A stretch of DNA of 63,901 nucleotides, counting the filler, from Bigelowiella natans CCMP2755 (lineage: Eukaryota; Protista; Cercozoa): assembly GCA_000320545.1 (NCBI GenBank). It is 8 parts of 8 records of this genome, joined end to end, with 100 filler letters (N's around TTAATTAATTAA, not from the genome) between each part and the next. Parts side by side here need not be neighbours in the genome. Positions count along the whole stretch, not along the records: positions 12,530 to 29,619 come from ADNK01000272.1; positions 29,720 to 35,232 come from ADNK01003408.1; positions 35,333 to 50,452 come from ADNK01002446.1; 5 more parts are not named here. The stretch is one strand, 5' to 3'. The position numbers and the translations under genes are program-made. The notes beneath the pieces are model-generated. The model searched no databases and was not told the origin of the DNA. It saw only the letters and a list, made by a program, of their open reading frames with translations. Below are positions 24,599-36,890 of this stretch, piece by piece (the stretch's first letter is position 1; each line of letters starts with the position of its first letter).

Positions 24599-24709
24599 GC
24601 GGTTTATCATAAGCGACAAACTATAACCCTTGTCGCTTTCCTCATTTGCACGGGTATATGCATTACCTTTGCGGTTTATCATGAGCGACAATTGATTATT
24701 TGTTGTCGC
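24599..24709. promoter_or_regulatory. Duplicated 21-bp element, each copy followed by an inverted GCGACAA...TTGTCGC pair, in the COQ8 divergent promoter
   Basis: GCGGTTTATCATAAGCGACAA (24599-24619) and GCGGTTTATCATGAGCGACAA (24671-24691), each followed about 10 nt later by TTGTCGC. Confidence 0.5.
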
Positions 24710-24779
24710 ACTTACTTACTTGCGTACTTATGACTCTCTGACGGCCCCATGAGCATTTCTCCTCTCGGATTAATATGAG

Positions 24780-25881
24780 TGGATGTTCGGGTCGGGGGGT
24801 GGCAATTCCACTGTTTTGCTCGTAGCTGCAGGAGGACTGTGGCAGGGGTGCTGCCTTCTGCTCCCATTCCTCCTCTTCCTCCCTCTGGGCCAGGCCCTCA
24901 CTGCATCAAGGTTGTGGTTTTGTCACGAACGAATGCTGACCTATGCATTGCACATGCACCATGGGAGAGGGTTTCCTGGAAAGTTATCGGATGCTTCTGA
25001 AATGCTGAGAAAGACTACCTTGATATGCACACAACAGGTGGCTCAATGACATAAGAGGAGGGGCTGAGAAGGGGTCTCGTCTGTCTTCCCCTCCTCCTCC
25101 CCCTCTCCAAGAGAACAACCTCCATATAGAAAATCATGATATGCTAGAGGCATTGACGATGATGGCGCCCCAAGATAATCTATCGTCTGGTGCTGCATAA
25201 ATCACTAACCAAAAGTATTGCAACGTCGAAGAAGTATACTATAATCAGCAATTCTTATCACCCATTTCTTGCAATAATGTAGCGGTGTTAGGCGAGGATG
25301 GCGCTGCGAATAACAACAACAACGGAGTCCAACCCACCCATGGGGAAGTAGCACTTGAGACAGCCGCTTTGGATGCTATTAGAAGTTCAGGTTTGTTATC
25401 TTTTCCTTCTTCTCACCATCCAATAGCACCCTAGCCTGATCGGAAACTCGACGAAAAAAGGAATAGAATTGCTACATTATTCAGGGGAGAATAGCGAAGA
25501 AGAGCCTCCTCGTGCAATCCAGCGGCAACAAAAGTTGGATGCAAAATTAGCTTGGCAGAACATGACTTTTACATATCCTTATTTCATTTTTTTGGTTTAC
25601 AGTTTACGAAATCTAAGCCTTACAACTGCCCATATTCTTTTGTTGATATGAATGAATAAAATATGCGTTTTTCTCTTTCCTCCTCCCTTTGTTGCTGCTC
25701 ACATTCCTTTTCTTCTTCGTTCTCTCTCTTCGAACCTCATCACCGCCAATGCTGCCATAATTAGGGGGCACCGTCGTCGAACAAAAAGGGAAACGATTCT
25801 CAGGTTTTTCCTTTCTCTCACAGCTTTTTGATATTTTGTTGTATGAAGTGATATGTTATGATATGCTTGCGCGCAACTATT

Positions 25882-25932
<51 letters not shown>

Positions 25933-26226
25933 TAAGTAGACAAGTCGGTGATATTGCGTTCTTGACAGGAGAAAGGAAACACTGGAAATGAAAAACCTGA
26001 TGGAAACAGGTATAATATGCTTATAGCGTGATGTTCGTATCAATGAGGAATGTCTCCCATGAAAGTGTTGGTGAGGTTACGAGAAATCGGTGATATGATA
26101 ACACAGGCGATTTAGACGGTGTAAAGCGCATCTTGGACGGCACTCTTAAGCGTGGTTTCTCTGGTCATTTATCGTTTATTCATAACGCTAACATAAAGCT
26201 GGGTCTCACAATTGTACACCACATCT

Positions 26227-26311
<85 letters not shown>

Positions 26312-27656
26312 AATATATATTATATCTCCCATTCTTCGATTCATAATTTCTTCTTTTGTTGTTACTACGACAGGGGTGGGCGGGTTGAGCCGCGCGGCAA
26401 GACGACATGCCCGTTTGATCGATCTGAACAAAAGTGCGACTGCAGGATGTTACTGATATCATAATTATGATTAGTATTGTAGTAGTAGTAGTAGTAGTAG
26501 TAGTAGTAATTGCCTTCCAAAGGAGAACTAACAAGACGAATGTTGTATAATCTTCGCGGTTCTTATTTGTTTCACGGCTATATCTGCATGTAGAACGACG
26601 AAATCGTCATCGATGGTTTTGATAGCTTCATTTCATATTTTGTATGAGATTCTTCTGTTTGTCAATGCTTATTTTAAACTGATGAGACGGCTATAATTGG
26701 GAGGGGTCAGCAATAAGAGAGAGCGGTGATATACGCCATGACACCTCTAGGGATAATGATGATGATGATAATGATGATGATGATGGTGATGATAAGATTA
26801 ACATTGCAGAACTATCTCACCATCTTGAGCAACATGACTATATCAGTGCTGGCAAGGTAGCACTAGTTGTAAAAGTAGTAGTAAAGGGAAAACACACATT
26901 ATCGGAAACCGCCCACCGCAGCAGCAATGAATATGATGAGTATCATTGCAACGTCTATTGCAAAGGACCCCATTCATGGCTGCTGTGGGGGGAAAACAAG
27001 GCACATCATCCACAATAGTCGGATAATAATCGAGAGAAAAACAACGATCGTGCGAGGTGGCGGAAGGAGATATTAAAGAAGGGGGTGGGGAGTCGAAGAT
27101 GGAAGATGCCGGCAAAGAAGGCTTGTTCTATGCTCATTTAAACCGCCATTACTTTGACTATATCCTTCGCAACAACAATAACAACAACAACAACAACATT
27201 AACAGGTACAAAGGCAGCTTCGTTTGCTGGAGGCATCATCTTCCAGCAGCAGCAGCAGCAGCAATGTGCTCCTCCAACCCACATCATCAGGCCCCCCGGC
27301 AAATCAGCAGTCCTTTCCTACTACACCACCACCACTTGTTCCCCCACAAGCTTCGAGGCTGCTGTCGGTAAGAAGCAGCACTTACAACAATCTTTCATTT
27401 CATCTAGAATCCTCATTCCTACCACCCGTTATTTGCTCGGTGTAGCTTCCATTCATGCTGCTACTACCGCAATGATGACGATATATGGTAATACTGGTGA
27501 TGATGAATATATTACGATGATGATACTATAGGAGGAGGAGGAGCATCAGTCATCGTTCCACGCTGCTACAACTACCACTACTCCTACTACTCCTACTTCC
27601 GCATCCTCTCTATTTCCGTGGATAGCAGCGACAACAACGACGCATGGATCACGTTC

Positions 27657-27687
<31 letters not shown>

Positions 27688-27876
27688 ATAGAGGTGGGGG
27701 AAGAAGAGGCAAATAATCAACAGCACTACAACGACAAGGTCGTCGCTGGGGACCCTGGCTCCTCCTCCTCACCATCCATTATTACTAACAACTACAGCTT
27801 TCACCATTCTGCCTCTATAGCCTCTCCTTATGCTGCAGCACACACTTTCGATGGAACTCGATCCATCCAGCCAAGG

Positions 27877-27908
<32 letters not shown>

Positions 27909-28044
27909 TCAACAACAGTACATTGGTGTAACTGACAAAGTCCTTCTTGCCTACAATCTCTAGTCCTCTGCGAAGTGTGGAGACTATTCAAGGTTTTGTT
28001 TGTTTCTTTGTGCATTTGTATTTGTGTATTTGTGTATTTGTGTA

Positions 28045-28081
<37 letters not shown>

Positions 28082-28670
28082 GTTGTAAACGTTGTGTATA
28101 CCAAGAGAGCTTTTGTAGGTGGCATTTCTACGTGAATAATGCATTAAAAGAAAGCTCTAGTGAATGTGTGAGCTCACGTTTGCCGTTGTGTGTTATTCTG
28201 TTTTATTTCTCGACGGGATATATAGATCTGATTGCACGCGCACGGGCTCATTCCTTGTTGTTGATACCGAATACTTCATCATCAGCATCATCCTCGTTAT
28301 CATCATCAGCAGCAGCAACCGCTTCGTTCCCCACAGTCTCGCTATCAGCTACTAGAGCAGCCGAGGCGCCATTCTTGTCGCAGTCTGCACCTTCAATGCC
28401 CTCCTCCCCCTCCTTTAATCATGCGAGGAAAGAAGATACCAACACCACCAAGCAAGATCTTCCTGCTGCTGCTAGTAGTGCTGCTGCTGCTGCTGCTTCC
28501 GAGAGCAAGGGGGGGGGGGACCCAAGAGTTGCACAATTCCTGATGAGTGCGGGATTGGACCGCTACATTCAGTAAGTTTACAACTACAAACTCGAAAATA
28601 GAGAAAGGGGGAGGTAGAGACGATGGCCTACGTCGATATCGAGCGGATAGGATGGATTCGATAATGAACG

Positions 28671-28713
<43 letters not shown>

Positions 28714-28909
28714 CACCCCCCCCTCTCTTCCTCTTTCCCCTTCATCTTCTTTGTTACTAAAGGTCCACCCACCAAACGTACATCTTCCTGTTTGAAAACC
28801 TCGTGTTTTATGGTTGTCGTGATTGTGGCGTATCAGGCGATTTAGCGACCACCACATCGACTACGATACGTTATCGCAGCTCACAGAGAAGGACCTTGCC
28901 GTTGTAAGC

Positions 28910-28940
<31 letters not shown>

Positions 28941-29320
28941 ATAATAGAACACGTCCCAAAGCAATTTAAGTTCAAATATACATATTATTGGCTATTTTCT
29001 TTGACAAACACGAAAGATGATATTGTGTCAATTTCTTCTACGAATGAATGAGTGCCCTAGTAGACCACCACCACCATCACCACCATCATCATCAGCAGCA
29101 GCATGATGTCTTTTGACACACCTCAAGGCTGCGCATTATTTCCACTCTTCGTCAGTTCTTTAAACTGCATGAACATTCCCTCCTCCTCCTCTCCCCATCG
29201 TCCAATCGAAAACTATATATAGCTGCTTCCGCCTGTGGGGCACCGCACACGTCTCCGTGCGCACATTCAATCGAAGACTTATGATATGCTGCGCCAATCA
29301 ACCCCAGAGATGGCAGGTAT
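24780..29320 (+). CDS. SAM-domain protein with low-complexity N-terminal exons (5' structure uncertain)
   Basis: Spliced VAQFLMSAGLDRYIQ|RFSDHHIDYDTLSQLTEKDLAV|LLPPVGHRTRLRAHI (28528-29270) fits the SAM consensus. Upstream exon-like segments lie between SSR-rich introns. Confidence 0.6.
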
Positions 29321-29527
29321 GGTTCTTGTGCCCTGAACGTATTCTCAACCGCATGATGATGATGATGATGGTGATGGTGATAGATGAGTTAGAGAATAAT
29401 TTGGAATAATCCGTAGTAGTAGAGTAGTAGTAGTAGTAGTAGTAGTAGTAGCAGCAGTAGTAGGTAATTGTGTGTTTGAAGGTCAACGGTGTGATACTGT
29501 TTTGTGAATCAATCATATCCTTTGTCA

Positions 29528-29588
<61 letters not shown>

Positions 29589-29899
29589 AGTCTCGTCTCC
29601 TCGCACAACACACACACACNNNNNNNNNNNNNNNNNNNNNNNNNNNNNNNNNNNNNNNNNNNNTTAATTAATTAANNNNNNNNNNNNNNNNNNNNNNNNN
29701 NNNNNNNNNNNNNNNNNNNACAGAGAGAGAGAGAGAGAGAGAGAGAGATCCAACGCATTCATACACTTTTGTAGCAGAGATGGAGGGCCACAGTGCCGCT
29801 TTTGACTGGGATTTACACGTTTTCAGTGCTTAACGCTATCGTCGTGTTTTAATGTAATGCTATCATTTCCGGTGCTGCTGCTGTTGCTCCTGCTGCCAT

Positions 29900-30005
29900 C
29901 AGGATCTGTTACATTGGGGGGGGCCAACTGTGATCTCATCACACCTCCGGTAGTATTATCGTACTGAGGCTATTGTCTGAAGGAGGAGATGTAGAAATGT
30001 GGAAA

Positions 30006-30085
<80 letters not shown>

Positions 30086-30474
30086 CGCGCGGCGCGTGTG
30101 TGAGGATGATGCTTCACGCAGCCGCGTTCCCATCAGATGTGGCCGTGCTCACAGCTGCAGTTTCCACGTGCTTCGTGCTTGCTAGCGAGTAGAAACGCGC
30201 AGTTTTACACACACACGCGCGCGCATATTATCTAACTATCATCATCCTCGCAGGGTGCTCCAAAAGAGGCTTGCATAGAGCAGTTTATGTTTGTTCCGGT
30301 TACAGAGAAGGTGGGTATTATTATTATTAGTAGTAGTAGTAGTAGTGATAGTTGTAGAAGCAGTGTAAAGCGCCATGTCGGCAAGAAGAAGAGGAGGACG
30401 AGCGATGTCATTGAATACAATTCTACGCAAAAGCCCTTCACGATTATCGGAAATGGATATCGATTGATGTTGCG

Positions 30475-30508
<34 letters not shown>

Positions 30509-30602
30509 CATGTGCAGACCTATTGGACGATCACGCTGGATGACGTAAGTGTTAAATACCCAGGCCAGCCGGTGCGAACCCACCTCCTCTCTCCTCACTC
30601 AT

Positions 30603-30636
<34 letters not shown>

Positions 30637-31350
30637 GTATGACCTCAAAGCCCCATCCCGGGCCCGTTATCGGATTGTAACATATGCGCAATGCCCCGAC
30701 AGGGAGAAAAGCGGGTTCTGCCATCCAAACGGCTGCAAGGCGATCGGGGGACACCGGCACTTACCTAATCTACGGGCCTCAGAACCAGGTTGCGATGATA
30801 ATGATGATGATGATAGAAATAAGTGGGGGGGGGGGGGGCGAGTGTGATAAGTAATGAGGAGGAGGAGGAGGAGGAGAACGGGATGATGCTGTTTTCAGCT
30901 GCTGCTGCTCGGAGAAAGTCAATCGAGGAGTGTACTGATGAGCACGATGACGATGACAGCCACAGCCGATCTCATTGTGCTCATTACATGCCTTCCTCGC
31001 CATTGACCCACCACCAGCCGCTCATTTCGCCCTTGTCGCCTTTATCTTTGCCAGGTCAACAGCATGGTCAGGACGACTTCGCTGAAGACATGCGATCATC
31101 ACGTCATCATGCCAGAGGTCTCCCTCTCTCTCGCCGCGCCCACTGCGTTACTTTATCTATCCGTTTCTTGAGATCGCCAGCCCCCCCCCCCCCCTGGGTG
31201 GGAGTCACTTCTGAAGTTATTTTGGGCACTGGTGCTGCTGCTGCTGCTGCTGCTGCTGCTATTGCGACTACCTGCTGCTTCGGTGAACAGGTTACTTTCA
31301 CATTTCGAGTTGGCGAAGGAGAAGAACCGGTAGTAGTTGATGATAATGAA

Positions 31351-31390
<40 letters not shown>

Positions 31391-32219
31391 ATCATCATCA
31401 TCACCACCAACTAATCGTTATCGCCATCGTATTTGACATCGTCGTGATGGCACAATCGCAGGTCTCCATGACGCTCAAGCCGATCGATTACATCCTCAAA
31501 TTCGAGATATCCGGTGAGGCATGAACCGAAAAACCCACTCTTCAACGACCGGGGGGGAGGGGGGGGTTGGGGGTTGGGGGTTGGGGGGCTATAACCCTAA
31601 TCGAGCTCCGTCTAAGACTAAGAGAATCTTAAATAATCTTCGCAGGCAACGAAGATTGCGTCGTCGGCATCAGCCCCGATAAGGTAGCAAAGTTACGGGG
31701 CGATGGCTTTCTCGAGACACGCTCGCCTCCTCCCCGCCCCTCTCCCGCCCCTCTCTCTTCTTTCCCTTTCACACCTTCTATCCACGGAAACGGCTAAGAA
31801 TTTATTTCCTTCTTCTCTTCTGCAGGACACCATATGGACGCTAGGACAGGTCTTCCTCCGCTCCTTCTATACGCTATTCGACCGGTAACTCGTGCGTTGT
31901 GCAGAGGGAGGGGGGGGGGGAAGGACGCGGGGGATGGTGGGTGATGGATAGGATGATTACGACGATGATAATATTATTATGAAGATGGAAAATAGCATTT
32001 CGTCCTTTATGCTGTTATATATCTTGCAATGCTATGCGTGGTGGCACGCTCGCTCGCGGTCATGACCTTTCATCTGGTGCGCTGATTAGGGATGAGGATC
32101 GCATCGGCTTTGCTCGCCTCCCCCGGGACTCATTCAAAGCTCTGAACGTCCAGGAGATGAGAAATAAAGAGGTGGGGGGAGAGCGATATGGCTCTATGTG
32201 GCCTGAGGGGAACAAATGA
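29900..32219 (+). CDS. Pepsin-family (A1) aspartic protease, C-terminal lobe (5' part lost in gap)
   Basis: GSVTLGG (29902), YWTITLDDVSV (30520), CKAI.DTGTYLIYGP (30734, with a +1 G in a homopolymer), LKPIDYI, DCVVGI, WTLGQVFLRSFYTLFDR, RIGFA. Confidence 0.88.
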
Positions 32220-33209
32220 GTAAAAGATTGAGAAGGCGATTGTTGGGAAGACTATCAGAAATCTTAACACCACCATTGTATCATACTGAGCCATTCTTCC
32301 TCGACCCCCCCCCTCCCCCCCCGTCTTCCCTCCTCCTGTCGTTCGCATACATAGGTGTTCGTCGAGAGAGGCTATGAGGACTAGCTCTTGATTGAAAATA
32401 ATCATAGCAATGGTGGACAGACTGATACATACACGTCTATCTCCTCATTATCGCCATGACGGCGTATGTTGCCGGAGAGCACCATATGTAGTGATTAGAG
32501 TAAGAAAGCCGACAATCAGCTTCAAGTCGCTAGATTAGCGCGATATCTAGTTCTCTTCATTCATGCCTGCGCTGCGATCGCAGGTCAATGCTACGCGCGC
32601 AGTGTGTGGTAACAAGTGCAGTACAACTTCTGAACGTAAGTCGCCCGACTGCTAGACTGCGCATGCTAGCATGGCGTGCGCACAACACAGCGTTCATTGC
32701 ATGCACAGCTGGCGGGCATAAATGCCTAGCATGTGACTGCGATGATACAGTGCAATCATTGCCCGCGATGTCGTGCTTTTTGCGGCAAGCTGGAATTTGT
32801 GCAATGCCAAAGTCAGTTGCCCAATTCATCATCTATGCTACGCTCAGCAACAAATGCACGCTGTAGCACGCGTGATGCAATGATCATCAAGAACGCGCAG
32901 TGGACGACCGTGCTTACCAAACACTGGATGTGCACATGCTAGCATGCTAGCGCTGCACGTGCACAAAATTAGCTCACATTGCGATGCAAACACTAAGCTA
33001 GCTAGCACTACCCTTAGTCGCACAGTGAACAATGCGTCACACTCGCAAACACTGCATTGACAAGCATGCACAGAGAGTGTGATGTGTGCTTCAATTTTGC
33101 ACATTATTATTTGTAATCGATTACTCGTAGCACTCTGCTACTTCACTTTACTAAAATTTTTCACTTCAATTCACTGCATGCAGACTATGCAGCATGGGAC
33201 ATTAGATTT

Positions 33210-33248
<39 letters not shown>

Positions 33249-33299
33249 TGTATATATTACACAATTTACATACAATTTATATAATTTTTCTTCTTCCTC

Positions 33300-33833
33300 G
33301 CGATCGTCTAGTCGTCGTCGCACATCTCGCTAAGTTGCTTTACAATCGGCAAGAAGTGGCCCGACTCGATCATCCGAGGACGGTCAAGCGGTTGGCCACG
33401 TCACTGCACCAGCACACGGCTGGCTGCCGAGAATGAATGGAATAAGGGGGGGTGGGGGGTTCAAAAAACCGGATTGGCTACATACATTGCGACGAGGACG
33501 ATAATCAATCGAAGAATTGCGCATCGAAGGCCCCCGGTGGCTCATCAAACGTCGAGGGAGACCGTGATCCTTGCTTCTCTGGAGATAATGATGAAGAAGA
33601 AACACCAGCTGCAGGTTGCACCTGCTTATTCGTCCCCGCTCCTGATTCGGGGGCGGTGTTACTGCTACCACTACTACTACTACTGCTACCAGGAAGAAGG
33701 TGCCCTGCCATCCCCTTACTCAGAGAAACGACGGCGGCCTTTGTTACCGCCTTGCACGGGGCGTTGCCGTTGGCGTCTTCCAATGACGACAAGTGTTTGC
33801 TGGAGGGCAGGGAGAACACGCACACGCACATGC

Positions 33834-33867
<34 letters not shown>

Positions 33868-33952
33868 CACATTCAAAATGGGGGCGCTGCGAATTTCACA
33901 CAGCTGCATCTCTGACTCGCAATCGTCACATTCCAATGACCTCCCCCTCCCG

Positions 33953-33993
<41 letters not shown>

Positions 33994-34750
33994 CCCCCCC
34001 CTCTCCATGAACTGTATTTTGCCGCGAGCTGGAGGAGCACGAACGGCCTCTCAGTCCCCCCCGTCCCCACCCTTTTTTTCTTTACCTCTCAGAAGATGCG
34101 ACGGCAGCTTTTACTTCGTCATAGCCCAAGAAGACATCGCAAAGCTTCTACGGGGGTGGACCGGGAGGGGTGAAGAGTCATTCCAAGCGATGACGAGTGT
34201 TAAAAGTCATCATCATCATCATCATCATCATCACCATCATCACCATCATCATCAATCAACATCGACACCCGTCACACATCCATAGCGGACGTAGTACCCA
34301 GCAGCAGCAGACCTCCTCAAAGCAAGTCTTGCCTCCTCCATGTTCAAAGGAGAACTGCAGCGTGAAGCAGCCTTGGGGGCACCGCCACGAAGGGGAGAGA
34401 ACAAGCAGATATAGAGTGCAAAGTCAATCGATCAGTAAGCACACAGCGCCTAACTTGGCTGTTCGCTACAGCACCACTACTATTTCCCTTCCATGATAAC
34501 AGATACGCACATGTATAGGGGGGGGGTTGAGGAGGTTAGGATGCAAGGACAACACGAATGTTGTGGTGATGACGATGATGATGATGACGGTGACGACGGC
34601 CACTTACAGCATTGGCGCCGCCGCCGAAAGTATCTTTCACAACACGTCACACAGAGGGCTGACAAGGGAGGTGGGGGGGGGGGGGGGGTGGAAGAGTTTA
34701 ATTAGAACGGGGAAACCAAACGCGGAGGGGAGACCCGAACTTTCCTCTTT

Positions 34751-34799
<49 letters not shown>

Positions 34800-35230
34800 A
34801 TGATGGGTTTTTCCCCGGCAGAATGATAGTATTAGTGGTAGCGAGCGATGTTGGTGGGGGTTATGATGCTTTGTCACCGAGGCATAAAGATCCAATGATG
34901 GCAGCAGCTACAGCGAGGCTGGCGAGCGTGCGAACATCGTTCTTCTTCCTGTGAGCGGCAAAAAATGCAGTGTTGGTGAAGCGATGACATCTTCAGGGGA
35001 GGGGGGCCGCATGATACTGCACACACTCACACGAGAATCATCATCGGACACACATCGACGCGCCACCGTACCTGTCTTTGCCCGTGAGCTCCTTGATCAC
35101 TTCCTCACCGCTGCTCCTGCTCTCACTGCTACTATCAGTGATAGGCGGGAAGTTCTGCTGAGTGTGATGGCGGCCGCTGCTGTTGCGATTAGTTGTATGA
35201 GGGGATGGTTTCTGCTGCTGCTGCTGCTGC
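33300..35230 (-). CDS. Probable 3' part of a hypothetical multi-exon gene
   Basis: Minus-strand AG..GT-flanked segments such as KLCDVFLGYDEVKAAVASSE (34086-34148) and NMEEARLALRRSAAAG (~34296-34345) lie between SSR-rich introns. No family recognised. Confidence 0.3.
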
Positions 35231-35332
35231 TGNNNNNNNNNNNNNNNNNNNNNNNNNNNNNNNNNNNNNNNNNNNNTTAATTAATTAANNNNNNNNNNNN
35301 NNNNNNNNNNNNNNNNNNNNNNNNNNNNNNNN

Positions 35333-36890
35333 TGCGTGGCTGCAGGTGCTCCAGCTTGAAGGCGGCAGGCGTCGCCACCAAGGAGTCCAGCAAGAGCCGT
35401 GCATCTAAGAAAATCAAAGCAAGGAACTTCTTAGATATCGTGCAAATTGATGTTTATAAGTACGATGGCTATCACTACCTTACCTTCGTTGATGTGGCCA
35501 CTGGAAAGTGCTGGGTTAAAAAGATTATCAAGGTCAACGTTGCTAAGAAGAACAAAGGCTTATATAAGCAGAGGCTTACTAACTGCTACCGTACCTGGGA
35601 GTCTGAGCTCCAGGCTATCCCTGATGAAGTTAGCATAAACAAGATACCAAAGAAGTTACATGTGGATAATGAGACCTCTCTTCTACAGCTACCACACCCT
35701 AATATTGATGCCTCACCTGTATACTATGCCCAGTCCAACTCCAAGGTAGAGCGACTCCACCGCACCTTGGCCAACCTAAGCAGGATAAATAGCACCACAC
35801 CAGACAAGATACAAGGGTTAGTAAACGACACCTTCACGTCTGGGGGAGGTATCAAGGATAAGGAGAGGGAAGAAGGCGACGACAACGACGACGATACCGA
35901 GAGCGAAGACGAGAAGGTCCCGTACGATGGCCGAGTTCTAAAGGAAGGACAGTATGTTAGGGCCAAGGTAAATCTGAGATCGAGAAATAAACAAGACCCC
36001 TTCTGGGGTGGCGTTGCAAAGGTTACCGAGAGGAAGGGGAGGAAGCAGTACTACATCTATGATGGGAACAGGGTCACCTTGCGCCACATCAGTCACCTAA
36101 AGAATTATGATATCGGTGAGAAGCTCCTAGAGGATGTTAAAGTAAACCCTACTGTGTGGGAGCGAGCAATGCCTTGTTTAGGACCCCGACCTAAGTTCGA
36201 TGTGGAATATGGAAACAATAAGGTCAGGGTGAACGACGATTGGCGCATGAAGATTGTCTATCTAGGCTACCCTGGATTACGAAATATGGAGAGGGTAGCT
36301 ATGAAAATAAAGGACGGAAAATATCAGCTACTCTACCTAGCTGTTCCCGACTTACCCTTTGAGCACTGGTATAAGGTCCTGGGGGACCTTGATGCAGAGG
36401 GCTGGTATGGACACGAACCTAAGGACGAAGGTGAGTTCTGGGTAAGCGACAAAGGAGATAAGGTTAGAGAGGAATCTATTACCTGGTGGTTGGTGAAGTT
36501 CCGAAAGCGATGAAGGTCTAAGGGAATAAGGAAGGAAGGAAGGAGCAACGTGACTTGGGGGAGGTGTAGCGCGTACCACTACGCGGGCACAAGTCACGTG
36601 CGACAACAAAGGGGTTGTCGCGGATATAGAATATAGATAACGTAGATATTAATACAGCATAGGCACGTGGGTTCCGGCGGGACTCATGGCAGCACACCGG
36701 AAGTGTGCTGCCCCACGTGCGGCGGCATTCGCGAAAGCTTCGCGAATGATTACGCAGTGCACGATTTAATAAAAATATAATCTTTAATAAAAATAAACAC
36801 AACTCTTCAAAAGGAAGCAAACGTGCCTTTCCCCCCCCCTGCCTACTTGTGCACGTAGCGCCTCGGCCTGTGAACACCTTACGCGCAACA
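35333..36890 (+). mobile_element. 3' part of a Ty3/gypsy-like LTR retrotransposon, copy 2 (integrase ORF, PPT, 3' LTR 36565-36890)
   Basis: Integrase lies last in pol, followed by a purine tract and a 326-bp TG...CA LTR that matches 12732-13057. Confidence 0.92.
35335..36513 (+). CDS. Retrotransposon DDE integrase (end of pol; 5' truncated) with SH3-like GPY/F region and an extra C-terminal domain
   Basis: RGCRC (end of Zn finger), VQIDV..YLTFVDVATG, LHVDNE, SPVYYAQSNSKVERLHRTL (D,D,E core), LKEGQYVRAK..KQDPFWGG..V.....Y..RHISHLKNY, then about 125 extra aa. Confidence 0.9.
   Translation, partial: RGCRCSSLKAAGVATKESSKSRASKKIKARNFLDIVQIDVYKYDGYHYLTFVDVATGKCWVKKIIKVNVAKKNKGLYKQRLTNCYRTWESELQAIPDEVSINKIPKKLHVDNETSLLQLPHPNIDASPVYYAQSNSKVERLHRTLANLSRINSTTPDKIQGLVNDTFTSGGGIKDKEREEGDDNDDDTESEDEKVPYDGRVLKEGQYVRAKVNLRSRNKQDPFWGGVAKVTERKGRKQYYIYDGNRVTLRHISHLKNYDIGEKLLEDVKVNPTVWERAMPCLGPRPKFDVEYGNNKVRVNDDWRMKIVYLGYPGLRNMERVAMKIKDGKYQLLYLAVPDLPFEHWYKVLGDLDAEGWYGHEPKDEGEFWVSDKGDKVREESITWWLVKFRKR

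Noticed and set aside
26379-26455. CPFDR as a RING finger end (Roquin/TRIM23-like)
   Set aside because: I could not find the upstream RING Cys/His residues in any plausible exon.
12732-36890. The two LTRs as the two ends of one 24-kb element
   Set aside because: Both are preceded by the pol end and PPT, so both are 3' LTRs. They have different 3' flanks and ordinary host genes lie between them.
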